The notes under the pieces were generated by a model. That model searched no databases, had not been told where the DNA came from, and saw only the letters and a list, made by a program, of their open reading frames with translations. A stretch of 64,000 nucleotides of DNA, from positions 1-64,000 of IMG/VR virus record IMGVR_UViG_3300012979_000027; one strand, 5' to 3'. The position numbers were made by a program, and so were the translations under genes. The DNA is from a virus (taxonomy: Duplodnaviria > Caudoviricetes). Of this stretch, positions 27,032-35,984 are shown one piece after another (the first letter of the stretch is position 1; each line of letters opens with the position of its first letter).

Positions 27032-27307
27032 TTAGATGGTCTTCACTAAGGAAGGACCATCCTCACCCTCAGGACCATCCAAGACCGGATAACCATAATC
27101 TAAGATTTGGTCCCATGTTGTTATGTTATTAAGGTTCAAGAACTTACCACATTCCTCAGGAGTGTTAAATAACTTCCAACCTCGATAAACCTTCCAATTA
27201 AGACATACATTTCCACATGAATAAAATTGTTTAATAATTTCAAAGGATTTTTTACCACCAAGAGAAAAAACGTAATCGTCGGAGAAGTGATTCATGATGT
27301 CGTTCAT
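27032..27307 (-). CDS. Hypothetical protein
   Basis: Cassette-led ATG. Confidence 0.75.
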   Translation of the reverse strand: MNDIMNHFSDDYVFSLGGKKSFEIIKQFYSCGNVCLNWKVYRGWKLFNTPEECGKFLNLNNITTWDQILDYGYPVLDGPEGEDGPSLVKTI

Positions 27308-27702
27308 GACTTTATTATAGTGAAGTTCTGTTACTTCCTAAAAGCGAAACGGTGACAAACATAAGTGACAAGAAGCCAAAAACCAAGACCCATCAAATCA
27401 CCGCCAAGAAGGGCACAAAGGGCAAAGAGACCGCTAAGGATAAAAGCAAGGACAAAAAAGAAGGTTTTCATACGTTTATTATAATTAAGTTCTGTTTTTC
27501 ACCATGCACTCTTAAGTGCCAACTTAAGAGCCTGACGTGAGTTCTGTTTGTCTTTTTTAGACTTTATAATCCTTGTTCCTGTGTTACCTTTTACAACCAC
27601 ACGAGGACGATATTCTTTCACTTTGTTCTTCATGCCTTTAATATACTTAAGTTCTGTCGTTTCGTTAAGTTTTACTGGTAAGGAACAGGTCCACCAATTT
27701 GC

Positions 27703-27963
27703 TTAGTTTTCGCTAAGCAAATTGATTTCAATAATACGATAGTTTTTATAATCGTGAAACGCAATGAATTGATTATCAAAGAGATAGATACTATTTGTAT
27801 CTTTTTCCGTTATAGTTCCATGTTTATAACGTATTGAGTTCGAATCGATTACGATATTACTTTTATCCTTAAAGCTTCGACTTTTCGAATTGCTTTTATA
27901 AAATAAATCGAAATTATTATTTTTTAACAACTTGAGCAATGTTTGAAACTTAATGCTTTTCAT
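27703..27963 (-). CDS. Hypothetical protein
   Basis: Cassette-led ATG (MKSIK). Confidence 0.65.
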   Translation of the reverse strand: MKSIKFQTLLKLLKNNNFDLFYKSNSKSRSFKDKSNIVIDSNSIRYKHGTITEKDTNSIYLFDNQFIAFHDYKNYRIIEINLLSEN

Positions 27964-28064
27964 GCTTTTATTATAATCAAGTTCTGTATTAAGCGAAGTA
28001 AAATCTATTTTATAAAATTGTCTTTTCACTTTCACTAAAAACAGAACACAACTATAATAAAAGC

Positions 28065-28244
28065 ATGAACGCGACCAATAAAAAGTTGATGCTTAATAAG
28101 CTTAATGATATTAAAGATTCTTTTTCTTATATTCTTCCCGATGATGACTACTTTTGGGAAAATTATCGCGAGGATGTGCAAGAGGTTTATACTCATATTA
28201 ATATGCTTAAAGAGCTTATAATCAAGGCCACAAGTGAAGCCTAA
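28065..28244 (+). CDS. Hypothetical protein, 59 aa (absent from the ORF track)
   Basis: Plus-strand cassette at 28041-28067; begins MNATNKKLML. Confidence 0.65.
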   Translation: MNATNKKLMLNKLNDIKDSFSYILPDDDYFWENYREDVQEVYTHINMLKELIIKATSEA

Positions 28245-28314
28245 AAAGCTCACTTTCACTAAAACAGAACTTCATTATAATAAAAAAGTAATCAACCAAA
28301 CAACACAACATATT

Positions 28315-28788
28315 ATGTCCTATTCCTATATTACTAATTGGCTCCCTAAGAGTGAGGCTCAGTCCATGGTTAAGTCCCTTATCTCCGAGGGCAAGTTCAA
28401 GAAGGGTGAAATTAAGCTCAGTTCCTACCGTTGGGCCGACCTTAAGGACCACTCCAAGGGTTATGTGGCTCGAGTTCATGTCCTGACAGGTCTTCATCCT
28501 GATATGGAGCTTGGCCTCTGTGGTCGAAAGAAGAAGGCTCAGAAGGCTGAAGCTGAACCTGTAGAGGAAGTTGAGTCTGAAATGAAAACTTATACCATTA
28601 AGCTCTTCAATGCCATTGATATCAATGGTGATACAGTAAAGGAAACTTCTTTCACTCATGAGCTTTCAGATGAACAGGTTAAGTTTATCACAGAGAGCGA
28701 TGATTCCTACGGTCAGTACCAAATGATTCTGAGTTATGCCGAAGACCATGGCTTCGACGAGTTCGATGAGTTCGAACTCGTCGCCTAA
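28315..28788 (+). CDS. Hypothetical protein, GY.CRV family, acidic C-terminus
   Basis: Cassette plus AACAACACAACA leader; KLSSYRW..GYVARV. Confidence 0.8.
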   Translation: MSYSYITNWLPKSEAQSMVKSLISEGKFKKGEIKLSSYRWADLKDHSKGYVARVHVLTGLHPDMELGLCGRKKKAQKAEAEPVEEVESEMKTYTIKLFNAIDINGDTVKETSFTHELSDEQVKFITESDDSYGQYQMILSYAEDHGFDEFDEFELVA

Positions 28789-29044
28789 GTCAAAAGGATT
28801 CTAATATGAAAAAAGTTTAACAGGAAATCCCCTCCGGTTAGAGGGGATTTCTTTTTTATTATCTAAGATTGTTTGGGGTTAGTGAAGTTGTTTCAGGCAA
28901 CCGAGTTTAATTTGTACCCAGGACTTCCTATACGGCCTTGCAACTTTCAACTAGATAAAGTTGCTTCTAACCAAATAAAAAAGCCGTGTGCAATAGCCAC
29001 GGCTTAAAATAGAAGCAAATTTGTTTCAAGTTGAGTTAGCCATT

Positions 29045-29374
29045 TTAGATAGGCTGAACTAATTTGAAGTCTTGAACCCACGTATACCACGGATATTTTT
29101 TAGCGAATGAAATTGCAGACTGACTTTCGCCTTTAGAATATTCTTTATAATAAACTATATAACCGTCTTTCGTGGGGCCTGGTTCCAAATGGTCTAACCT
29201 GCCCAAACCAGATCCATCCAACCATTCTCGTATAAGTTCTGTATGAATAGGACAATAAAGCCAAGTGCTTTCTCCACTGTTTTTAGAACGAGTCTTCTGA
29301 TATTTCCTTTTCATCGCAGTCAAGTTTATTTTGGTCAGGTGAAACGATTTCAGATAAAGATTCGGTGCATTCAT
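29045..29374 (-). CDS. Hypothetical protein
   Basis: Cassette-led ATG (MNAPN). Confidence 0.7.
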   Translation of the reverse strand: MNAPNLYLKSFHLTKINLTAMKRKYQKTRSKNSGESTWLYCPIHTELIREWLDGSGLGRLDHLEPGPTKDGYIVYYKEYSKGESQSAISFAKKYPWYTWVQDFKLVQPI

Positions 29375-29490
29375 GCTTATAATATAGCGATGTTCTGTTC
29401 TACTTAAAGATAAGTTTTTGCCTAAAATAAAGTAACGGCTTAACCCACTAAAAGTTAAGCCGTTACGCATGAACAACACAACAAATAAAA

Positions 29491-29564
29491 TAGTCTCTGG
29501 GAGATTCGAACTCAGCCATTGCCCGAGTCAAAGTCGGGAGTCTTAACCATTGGACGAAGAGACT
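29491..29564 (-). tRNA. tRNA-Gln(TTG)
   Basis: CCCGA-CTTTGAC-TCGGG. Confidence 0.8.
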
Positions 29565-29569
29565 CTTAA

Positions 29570-29642
29570 GGTATAGTCGGGGAATTGAACCCACTCTCTT
29601 CGGAACCACAATCCGAGGTTTTACCACTAAACTACCTACACC
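29570..29642 (-). tRNA. tRNA-His(GTG)
   Basis: TCGGA-TTGTGGT-TCCGA; G-1 encoded. Confidence 0.85.
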
Positions 29643-29811
29643 GTTTATTATTACTTACCGCATGGAATCACTTCCGTAGCATCACAATCTTCAACCATCT
29701 CAAGTTCCCAATCTTCGGGAATAGGATACAAGTCAGGTACCTGAATGATACAGTAACAACAGGAATTAAGAACCAGTGCAGTACAAGCTAGTGTAATATA
29801 TTTAAGCATAA

Positions 29812-29885
29812 TAGCGAAGGTGGGATTCGAACCCACAACATTCCGATTTTGAGTCGGACACCTCTGCCAATTGGATTACTTCGCC
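29812..29885 (-). tRNA. tRNA-Leu(CAA) lacking a long variable arm
   Basis: TCCGA-CTCAAAA-TCGGA, short variable loop. Confidence 0.8.
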
Positions 29886-30047
29886 AGATTAAAAAGGGCC
29901 GACTTACTGGCCCTGAATCCCTTACTTAACAGGGAGAATCTTAACAGGAGCCTGCTTCTCAGTCTGAACCTGCTGCTGTTGCTGGCAAGATACCATAGCA
30001 AGGCAACCAATTGTCATTAGTGCGATTGTCTTCATCATAAAGTTTTC

Positions 30048-30125
30048 TTAATTAAGCTATTAATTAATACGCGAATAGTTTATTTCGGTTAATTGAGTTT
30101 GTTTCAGTTGAACAAGTTTATTCAA
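30048..30125. repeat. TTAATTAA tract plus 19-bp iteron-like repeats, copy 1
   Basis: TTTCGGTTAATTGAGTTTG, TTTCAGTTGAACAAGTTTA. Confidence 0.65.
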
Positions 30126-30141
30126 GATTCATGAATGAATT

Positions 30142-30345
30142 TTAGTTAAGCTCTGACTGATTAGAAGCATCCTTATTCATAGAAGCCTCCATGAATTCCT
30201 CATTAACATAATTCATTGCCTCGGTTACGAGGTCATTGTCGTGTGCTGCTGCAAGGATTACCTTCATCACAAGGTCCTTAGCCTTCTCAAAAGAATTGGC
30301 AGACATTGCCTCCATCGCGAACTCATAGATTGTTTTGTTAGTCAT
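30142..30345 (-). CDS. Hypothetical protein
   Basis: Cassette-led ATG. Confidence 0.7.
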   Translation of the reverse strand: MTNKTIYEFAMEAMSANSFEKAKDLVMKVILAAAHDNDLVTEAMNYVNEEFMEASMNKDASNQSELN

Positions 30346-30683
30346 GATTATTTTATATCTTTGTTCTGTTTGTTCTTAATTGCTTCTTCCCATGCTTCAT
30401 CTGCTTCCTTTGCATTCTGAAAGAGTGCTAGAGCACAGACTCCTGCAAGAGTTACAATAAATCCTCCAATAATAATAAGTGATGTCAAATCCATAATGTT
30501 ACAATTGTGTATGCACTAAAAAGAAAAATCCATTGAAAGTCATTCAGGCCTCAATGGATGTTATAATTTCCCAAGTCGGTGGTAGCGTATTCTCCGGTGT
30601 TGGCGGAAGAGAATTACCAAAGACCGCGGGAATCATTGTCAATGTTAGTGCGATCGTTTTCATAAATTATTGATAATAAATAA

Positions 30684-30760
30684 TCTGGACTGCAGGATTT
30701 GAACCTGCGATGAATACGAGTACCCAAAACTCGCGTGTTCGACCACTCCACCAAGTCCAG
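30684..30760 (-). tRNA. tRNA-Pro(TGG)
   Basis: CGAGT-TTTGGGT-ACTCG. Confidence 0.85.
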
Positions 30761-30796
30761 CTCTATTTTGATATTTATATAGTATCGATGTTCTGA

Positions 30797-30883
30797 TGGG
30801 TTGTTGAGGTAACGCTCCACTCGTCCGACTTCCTCTCTGTTTTTGGACAAAGGTTTTACAGACCTCCGAGAGGGAAACAACCC
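30797..30883 (-). tRNA. Non-canonical tRNA-Tyr(GTA)-like RNA without a D hairpin
   Basis: 8-bp acceptor GGGTTGTT/AACAACCC; AGGT-CTGTAAA-ACCT. Confidence 0.6.
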
Positions 30884-30899
30884 TTAATATATTTTTATT

Positions 30900-31982
30900 T
30901 TACTCTTGTTCTGAATAACCACAAAGTTTTCTAAGGGCTTTTATGGAACGTCTTTTAGACCCCATTCTAAAGTGAGGTAATTTATCCTCATCTTTGTTTT
31001 GTAAAGAGCAGCGAAGATATTTACCATCTTTACGTTTAACTCTGTTAGAAAATAATTGATTATTTTCAGCAAACCAATATCCTTCAAATCCAGGCACAGG
31101 TTTAGCACAACTTTTTACAAATGATTCATCTACTAAATCTTTATTAGCCGGCCTACCATAAGAACCTGCACAGGATTGAGAGCAAAACTTTAACTTAGTT
31201 TTTACTTCATGGTCTCGCTCATATTCTTTACCACACTTGGAACAGGTATAGATGAATTTTGGTTTGTACCCATCAAAGAGGGTTTGATAATTGTTTACTT
31301 TACCTTTATGATAAGTGCCATATTTAGAATCCACATAATCCATCATTGGTTCTAAATCTTCAATTGTAAGAATCTGAATACCTTCGGGAACAGCTGCAGC
31401 CTTTGCGTATACTAATGAAGTTGTATAACCTTTGATTTCTACTAGCTTTCCTTCTACGGTATAATCCGGAAGATATGTATGTTTTTTACCTTCAAAGATA
31501 TAAGGATAACGTTTAGTGTTACGCTCGATTGCTATATTATGGTCTTTGCAATAAATCCAATAAACAAGCTCATAGGTTGAACCGCAAAAATCACCTTTCC
31601 AATAACCCGATTTAGAACGGCCTGAGCCTTCGCGATAACCGCCACAACGAGAATACAACCCATTCTCTCGATTTTTCTGAACACTTAAAATACGCCTGCA
31701 TTCATCCGAACAAGTCTGCCTCATTCGTTTTTCCCAGGGAATCGGATTATTACATATAGGGCAAATCTTAGGTGATTTCAAATAATTCTCATATACTGGA
31801 ATCTTTCCGCCTTTGTTTGTATCCATTCCCTTCAATATTTTGGAAACTTTAGCATTTATTTCTTTTCGTTTTGCTGCAGTAGAATACGCCCTAGCACATT
31901 CTCTGGAACAAAAAGGAGATTCGACAGTTTTCGCCCAATTTCCAAAATACTCTTTATGGCAATGTTTACAAATCTTTTTCAC
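30900..31982 (-). CDS. Putative homing endonuclease (zinc fingers plus PD-(D/E)xK domain)
   Basis: Several CxxC/FCS motifs; STYE, YLPDY, VEIKG; inserted in the tRNA cluster. Confidence 0.75.
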   Translation of the reverse strand: MKKICKHCHKEYFGNWAKTVESPFCSRECARAYSTAAKRKEINAKVSKILKGMDTNKGGKIPVYENYLKSPKICPICNNPIPWEKRMRQTCSDECRRILSVQKNRENGLYSRCGGYREGSGRSKSGYWKGDFCGSTYELVYWIYCKDHNIAIERNTKRYPYIFEGKKHTYLPDYTVEGKLVEIKGYTTSLVYAKAAAVPEGIQILTIEDLEPMMDYVDSKYGTYHKGKVNNYQTLFDGYKPKFIYTCSKCGKEYERDHEVKTKLKFCSQSCAGSYGRPANKDLVDESFVKSCAKPVPGFEGYWFAENNQLFSNRVKRKDGKYLRCSLQNKDEDKLPHFRMGSKRRSIKALRKLCGYSEQE

Positions 31983-32025
31983 AATTTTATTTATATCGAA
32001 CCCTTACTTTTGGATTGATTTTTTA

Positions 32026-32099
32026 CATCCCCAGCCGGATGTGCGCCGAGCGTCTGCGGATTGAAAGTCCGCTATTCTGACTGTCTAAACTATGGGGAC
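32026..32099 (-). tRNA. tRNA-Glu(TTC), degenerate T arm
   Basis: GCGGA-CTTTCAA-TCCGC. Confidence 0.7.
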
Positions 32100-32106
32100 T
32101 TTATAC

Positions 32107-32164
32107 TAGATTCATTTATTCAGTAACCACAATACTTTATAATATAATTTGCTGTATGAATCTA
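32107..32164 (-). ncRNA. CATACAGCAA-scaffold RNA with His-type anticodon loop
   Basis: Stem TAGATTCAT/ATGAATCTA; inner AGTA-TTGTGGT-TACT. Confidence 0.65.
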
Positions 32165-32238
32165 TAAAAAATTATACTTAAGTTCTGATTTGATTGACAA
32201 GCAATCTTCATCTCTGAGTTAATACTCAGTGTTCTTTA

Positions 32239-32310
32239 CGAGCCATCCCGGAATCGAACCGAGCTATCTGCAGGGACAGTGCAGCGTACTAACCGATGTA
32301 CTAATGGCCC
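32239..32310 (-). tRNA. tRNA-Asp(GTC)
   Basis: CTGCA-CTGTCCC-TGCAG. Confidence 0.85.
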
Positions 32311-32487
32311 AACAAAAATGTCCGGTTCCTAGAGGAACCGGCTCTATTTAGCGGAACACTTCCTCCCTTACTGGATTATCCGCTGCGATTTAGAAAGATG
32401 TTCAACCGACTGAGCTACAGCCCCTTATATATTTTTGCACCGCTGAGATTATTACGTTTCGCGACCCGTACTCAGTTGATGACTTAT

Positions 32488-32565
32488 CAAGTAAGGATGG
32501 ATTCGAACCACCGACTACCAAGAGCATCACCTCTCTTCAGCCCTGACCGCTGGACGACTTACTTG
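32488..32565 (-). tRNA. tRNA-like RNA with an 8-nt anticodon loop, identity undetermined
   Basis: Good acceptor, D and T arms; AAGAG-AGGTGATG-CTCTT. Confidence 0.55.
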
Positions 32566-32576
32566 ATTGATTAAAA

Positions 32577-32648
32577 AGGCTCCGCACGGTACCGCCCCGT
32601 GTTTCTCGGGTTACAAATCCGACGTAATGACTTTTATACTACAGAGCC
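32577..32648 (-). tRNA. tRNA-Thr(TGT), atypical T-loop GGCGGTA
   Basis: TCGGA-TTTGTAA-CCCGA. Confidence 0.75.
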
Positions 32649-32649
32649 A

Positions 32650-33395
32650 GGAACTGCGAACGAATCCGCACGAGTTCTACGACCTTCCGTACGCATAAGT
32701 TCGGCTCGAATGTGTGAGCTGATTAGACTCTTCCGTAGATGGACGCCGGCGACATTCTGAACGCCGTGAGGTTCCGTGTATCAGTCCCACGGTGGCGGTT
32801 TCTAGGGCTCACCTCCATTTACCAATGTGCCCCGAGCTGGCTTCTAGTCAACTCAATAGCTGAGTTAACCTAAAGTCTTCCAGCAAACTATCTAGCCTCG
32901 ATTTCTACATCTAAGACCCTCCGGACCTTCCACATTGCTTTGCAACCGGCTAGACTAATCCTTGCAAAGTTCAGAAGTTAATCAGGCTTCTGTATGTGTT
33001 TAATTTGGAATGTGGTTGATAAGACCTGCCAATTTATTATGGGAGTTAGGCTCTCCCCTCTTAGCGCCATTCCAAAGCACCTCACGAATGGCCCGCTTCG
33101 TCCATTCGTACCGATATTAGTTTTCCTCTGGCCGCCTCGGGTGGGCACCGCTCCGGTGTGTGGGAGCGTTTGGTCTGATACGGAAACCGGAGTCGTATCA
33201 CATCATGAGCCGTTATCAAGTGGCTACTCCCTCCCGATGCATTACACATCGTGGCTACTGGCCTGCTACATATTGCAGCTTTACACCCTGATGCGCATAG
33301 ATTATCATGTCACAAGACTATGGTATACAATGCAGCCTCGTTCGATAAGCTCTTCCAGGACTCCCAGAAGGTTCTGCGGGGTGGACCATCGTGAA
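32650..33395 (-). ncRNA. Candidate large structured ncRNA (one ~750 nt or two ~350 nt)
   Basis: GC-rich, dense hairpins, no credible ORF, flanked by tRNAs. Confidence 0.6.
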
Positions 33396-33399
33396 AAGA

Positions 33400-33480
33400 T
33401 TGCGGAAGGCAGAGTTGAACTGCTGGAAGGGGTGGCTTATGAGACCACTGAGGCTACCCTGCCTCTGAACCTCCTCCGCG
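33400..33480 (-). tRNA. tRNA-Met(CAT), initiator-like with enlarged D region
   Basis: C1:A72 mismatch; GTGGT-CTCATAA-GCCAC. Confidence 0.7.
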
Positions 33481-33487
33481 ATTTGAG

Positions 33488-33559
33488 CTCGGGTGGTTGG
33501 GGTCGAACCAACGACCTAGTGATTAACAGTCACCCGCTCTTCCACTGAGCTACACCCGA
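33488..33559 (-). tRNA. tRNA-Asn(GTT)
   Basis: GTGA-CTGTTAA-TCAC, canonical arms. Confidence 0.9.
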
Positions 33560-33743
33560 ATTATCTTTTAACAATCACACTACTTTCAAAGTTCTTCACC
33601 CGCAAGCGACTTTATGACAGCCGCTTTTGGGTGCCGCCGTTGAGAGGCGATTTTGATATATTTATCAGCAGTTGTTGCTGATTACCTTTTTATTTTAGTC
33701 AAGTTCTGAATTATTTTTAAGTATCTTCAGAACTTGACTTTTA

Positions 33744-34049
33744 TTAAAGTAGTTCCTCAAGAGAGGTAGGACGATGAAACTTGATGCGGTATTTCATACC
33801 ATCTACCACCATAATTGTAGAAGTTCCTTGCTGGTAATTCTCCCACTTACCCTCATCAACCATTCTCTCGATAGTTTCCCATTCAAGATGCAGGTCGCAA
33901 CCAGGTGCCTCGATACCCCACTCATCGTCCACAAATAACGTGTGCTTGTGAGGGATTGCAACCGTGTCAATATTGTCTTCAATAGTAATCATTGCATCTT
34001 GAATCCAGATTGCACGGCAGAGACTCTTCTTAAACTCAGCGTAATTCAT
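33744..34049 (-). CDS. Hypothetical protein
   Basis: Cassette-led ATG. Confidence 0.75.
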   Translation of the reverse strand: MNYAEFKKSLCRAIWIQDAMITIEDNIDTVAIPHKHTLFVDDEWGIEAPGCDLHLEWETIERMVDEGKWENYQQGTSTIMVVDGMKYRIKFHRPTSLEELL

Positions 34050-34098
34050 GACTATATTATAGTAGCGTTCTGTCTCAGTTGAAAGCAGTTACTTTCAA

Positions 34099-34347
34099 TC
34101 AATAATCCTTGCGACTATTTTTAACAAGGCGAGAAACGATACTTTCATATACGGCCTCAGTCTCGTTGATACATTCCTCAAGAGTCACGTTTACGAGCTT
34201 CTTCTTTTTAGAACCGTAAATCTTTCGGCCGTTCACATACTCGTTATAATACTGAACAAAGGAAACTATACCAAGGTCATTGCAAGTGAAGCCAATGTTA
34301 TAACCCTTAGACTTAAGCTCAAGAATGTAATCGAAGATGTTACTCAT
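34099..34347 (-). CDS. Hypothetical protein
   Basis: Cassette-led ATG. Confidence 0.75.
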   Translation of the reverse strand: MSNIFDYILELKSKGYNIGFTCNDLGIVSFVQYYNEYVNGRKIYGSKKKKLVNVTLEECINETEAVYESIVSRLVKNSRKDY

Positions 34348-34378
34348 GCTTATGATATATTAGTGTTCTGTTGTTCTA

Positions 34379-34660
34379 TTAGTGAATATCAACTACCTCA
34401 AAATAATCTTCTACACCTTTACAAAGAATGAAGAACTCATTTGAACCATGTGCCACAAGGCGCTTGATGGGAAGAATAAACCCTGTTGGCTCAGCACCGA
34501 ACTCGTCATCTTCGGGCGCTTGTGCGTCATTAGAAACAAGGTGGAAGTCACCAGGTTTGCCCTCAATATGGCATTCAACTTCGCTATAATCAGTAGGGTC
34601 CACAACGGTAAGGTTCATGTTGTCCTTCACCATCTGCATTAAAATGTTTTCGTTTTCCAT
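34379..34660 (-). CDS. Acidic hypothetical protein
   Basis: ORF with TAAATA immediately upstream. Confidence 0.7.
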   Translation of the reverse strand: MENENILMQMVKDNMNLTVVDPTDYSEVECHIEGKPGDFHLVSNDAQAPEDDEFGAEPTGFILPIKRLVAHGSNEFFILCKGVEDYFEVVDIH

Positions 34661-34675
34661 ATAGCTTTATTTAGG

Positions 34676-34888
34676 TTAAGCTTCCTCACAGGTCCATGAC
34701 ATTCTTTCACCATTATCATCTTCTACCACGACAAGGTAACCATTAATTGTCTCGCTTTGAAAGAGTACCTTCATATCTACAGGCTGTCCGTGAACGAAAA
34801 AATAGTCATTACCATTAGGACTATGATAGATTTCACAATCATATTGAATACCATCAATATATGTCGTAAGAGTCTTGATTGTCTTCAT
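34676..34888 (-). CDS. Hypothetical protein
   Basis: Cassette-led ATG. Confidence 0.75.
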   Translation of the reverse strand: MKTIKTLTTYIDGIQYDCEIYHSPNGNDYFFVHGQPVDMKVLFQSETINGYLVVVEDDNGERMSWTCEEA

Positions 34889-34913
34889 GCTTATATTATA
34901 ATTGTGTTCTGTG

Positions 34914-35192
34914 TTAGTCTATGGCTACTAAGATACCACCATCTTCCAACGGATTGAATACGGGGAAATATTCTGTCACATCCTCCCACGTATGACAATC
35001 GGTCAAACCTTGCTTTTCAACGCACTCTTCAAGAGAATAATACTTGCGCCACCCTTCGAACATATCGGGCTCAATCTCATCAAAAGCGGCTTCATCTTTA
35101 TAGAAGTTATAAATGGCTTCAATACCATCGCGACCAAGCTCTTCTAAAATTATGGTAGGAACTTCATTAAGGATTGTTTCAAGCGTTTTCAT
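34914..35192 (-). CDS. Acidic protein, paralog of 47369..47728
   Basis: LGRDGIEAIYNFY; cassette-led. Confidence 0.75.
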   Translation of the reverse strand: MKTLETILNEVPTIILEELGRDGIEAIYNFYKDEAAFDEIEPDMFEGWRKYYSLEECVEKQGLTDCHTWEDVTEYFPVFNPLEDGGILVAID

Positions 35193-35221
35193 GCTCTTAT
35201 TATAATTGTGTTCTGTTATGC

Positions 35222-35581
35222 TTAAGGTAGAATCCCAGGTGTGTCGGTAATAACACAACCATCTACTGTCAGGACGCGAACGAGGTGGAAGGTTTTGCCC
35301 TCGTCGAAGCTGACAAACAACTTGCGGCTATTATCCTCCAGCCAACGCATTTTCACGTCAGTTACCTCTGAGCAAAAGCCCGTCATGCCCGTCTGTTCAG
35401 TCTCGTTGCTTCTCTCGTTATCCTGTTTAATAAAATTGGGGCAGATACTGGAGCGGAAATATATGCCAGTAAACGTGCCAAAATTGTCAGCGAAAAAGGT
35501 TCCAATAATGGGCTCACCTTCCAGCCAAAGGTAACAAACAGTAGACTTGCGGATAACTGAGTAGAGATTCATACCTTTCAT
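35222..35581 (-). CDS. Hypothetical protein
   Basis: Cassette-led ATG. Confidence 0.7.
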   Translation of the reverse strand: MKGMNLYSVIRKSTVCYLWLEGEPIIGTFFADNFGTFTGIYFRSSICPNFIKQDNERSNETEQTGMTGFCSEVTDVKMRWLEDNSRKLFVSFDEGKTFHLVRVLTVDGCVITDTPGILP

Positions 35582-35606
35582 GCTTTTATTATAGCTATGT
35601 TCTGTT

Positions 35607-35948
35607 TTAGTCCTCAAGCAGGTGGATGGTATTAACAGTAGTATAAACGTCGAACGAGTATCCCGCCTCCATTGCTCCCACCTTATAGCCAATGCTAATT
35701 GACGGACAGAAGCCATCTTCCACGCCAACCAGTTCCCACTCAGTCATAGCGCTAATATCCACATTAAGAGCGGACGCTAACAGATGCTTTGCTGCCTCTA
35801 AAGAGATAGCGAAGATAGGCTCAAGGCGAGGAAGGTCAATATAGTTGTGCTTACCATCCTTATCTACTACCTCAGCGAAGGCATTATAGTTGATAAGGCA
35901 GAAGGAGCGGCAATCAGAAGGAACATTAAGCATATTGATGTTGTTCAT
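35607..35948 (-). CDS. Hypothetical protein
   Basis: Cassette-led ATG. Confidence 0.75.
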   Translation of the reverse strand: MNNINMLNVPSDCRSFCLINYNAFAEVVDKDGKHNYIDLPRLEPIFAISLEAAKHLLASALNVDISAMTEWELVGVEDGFCPSISIGYKVGAMEAGYSFDVYTTVNTIHLLED

Positions 35949-35984
35949 GACTATATTATAACTGTGTTCTGTTTTAGCTAAAGC

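Noticed and set aside
32650-33395. RNase P RNA or tmRNA assignment
   Set aside because: GAGGAAAA occurs, but I could not find the full RNase P conserved regions, tmRNA termini or a tag ORF.
33571-33690. Hairpin AGCGGCT-GTCATAA-AGTCGCT as another anticodon decoy
   Set aside because: It lacks the CATACAGCAA scaffold and has G at the position-32 equivalent; may be only a leader structure.
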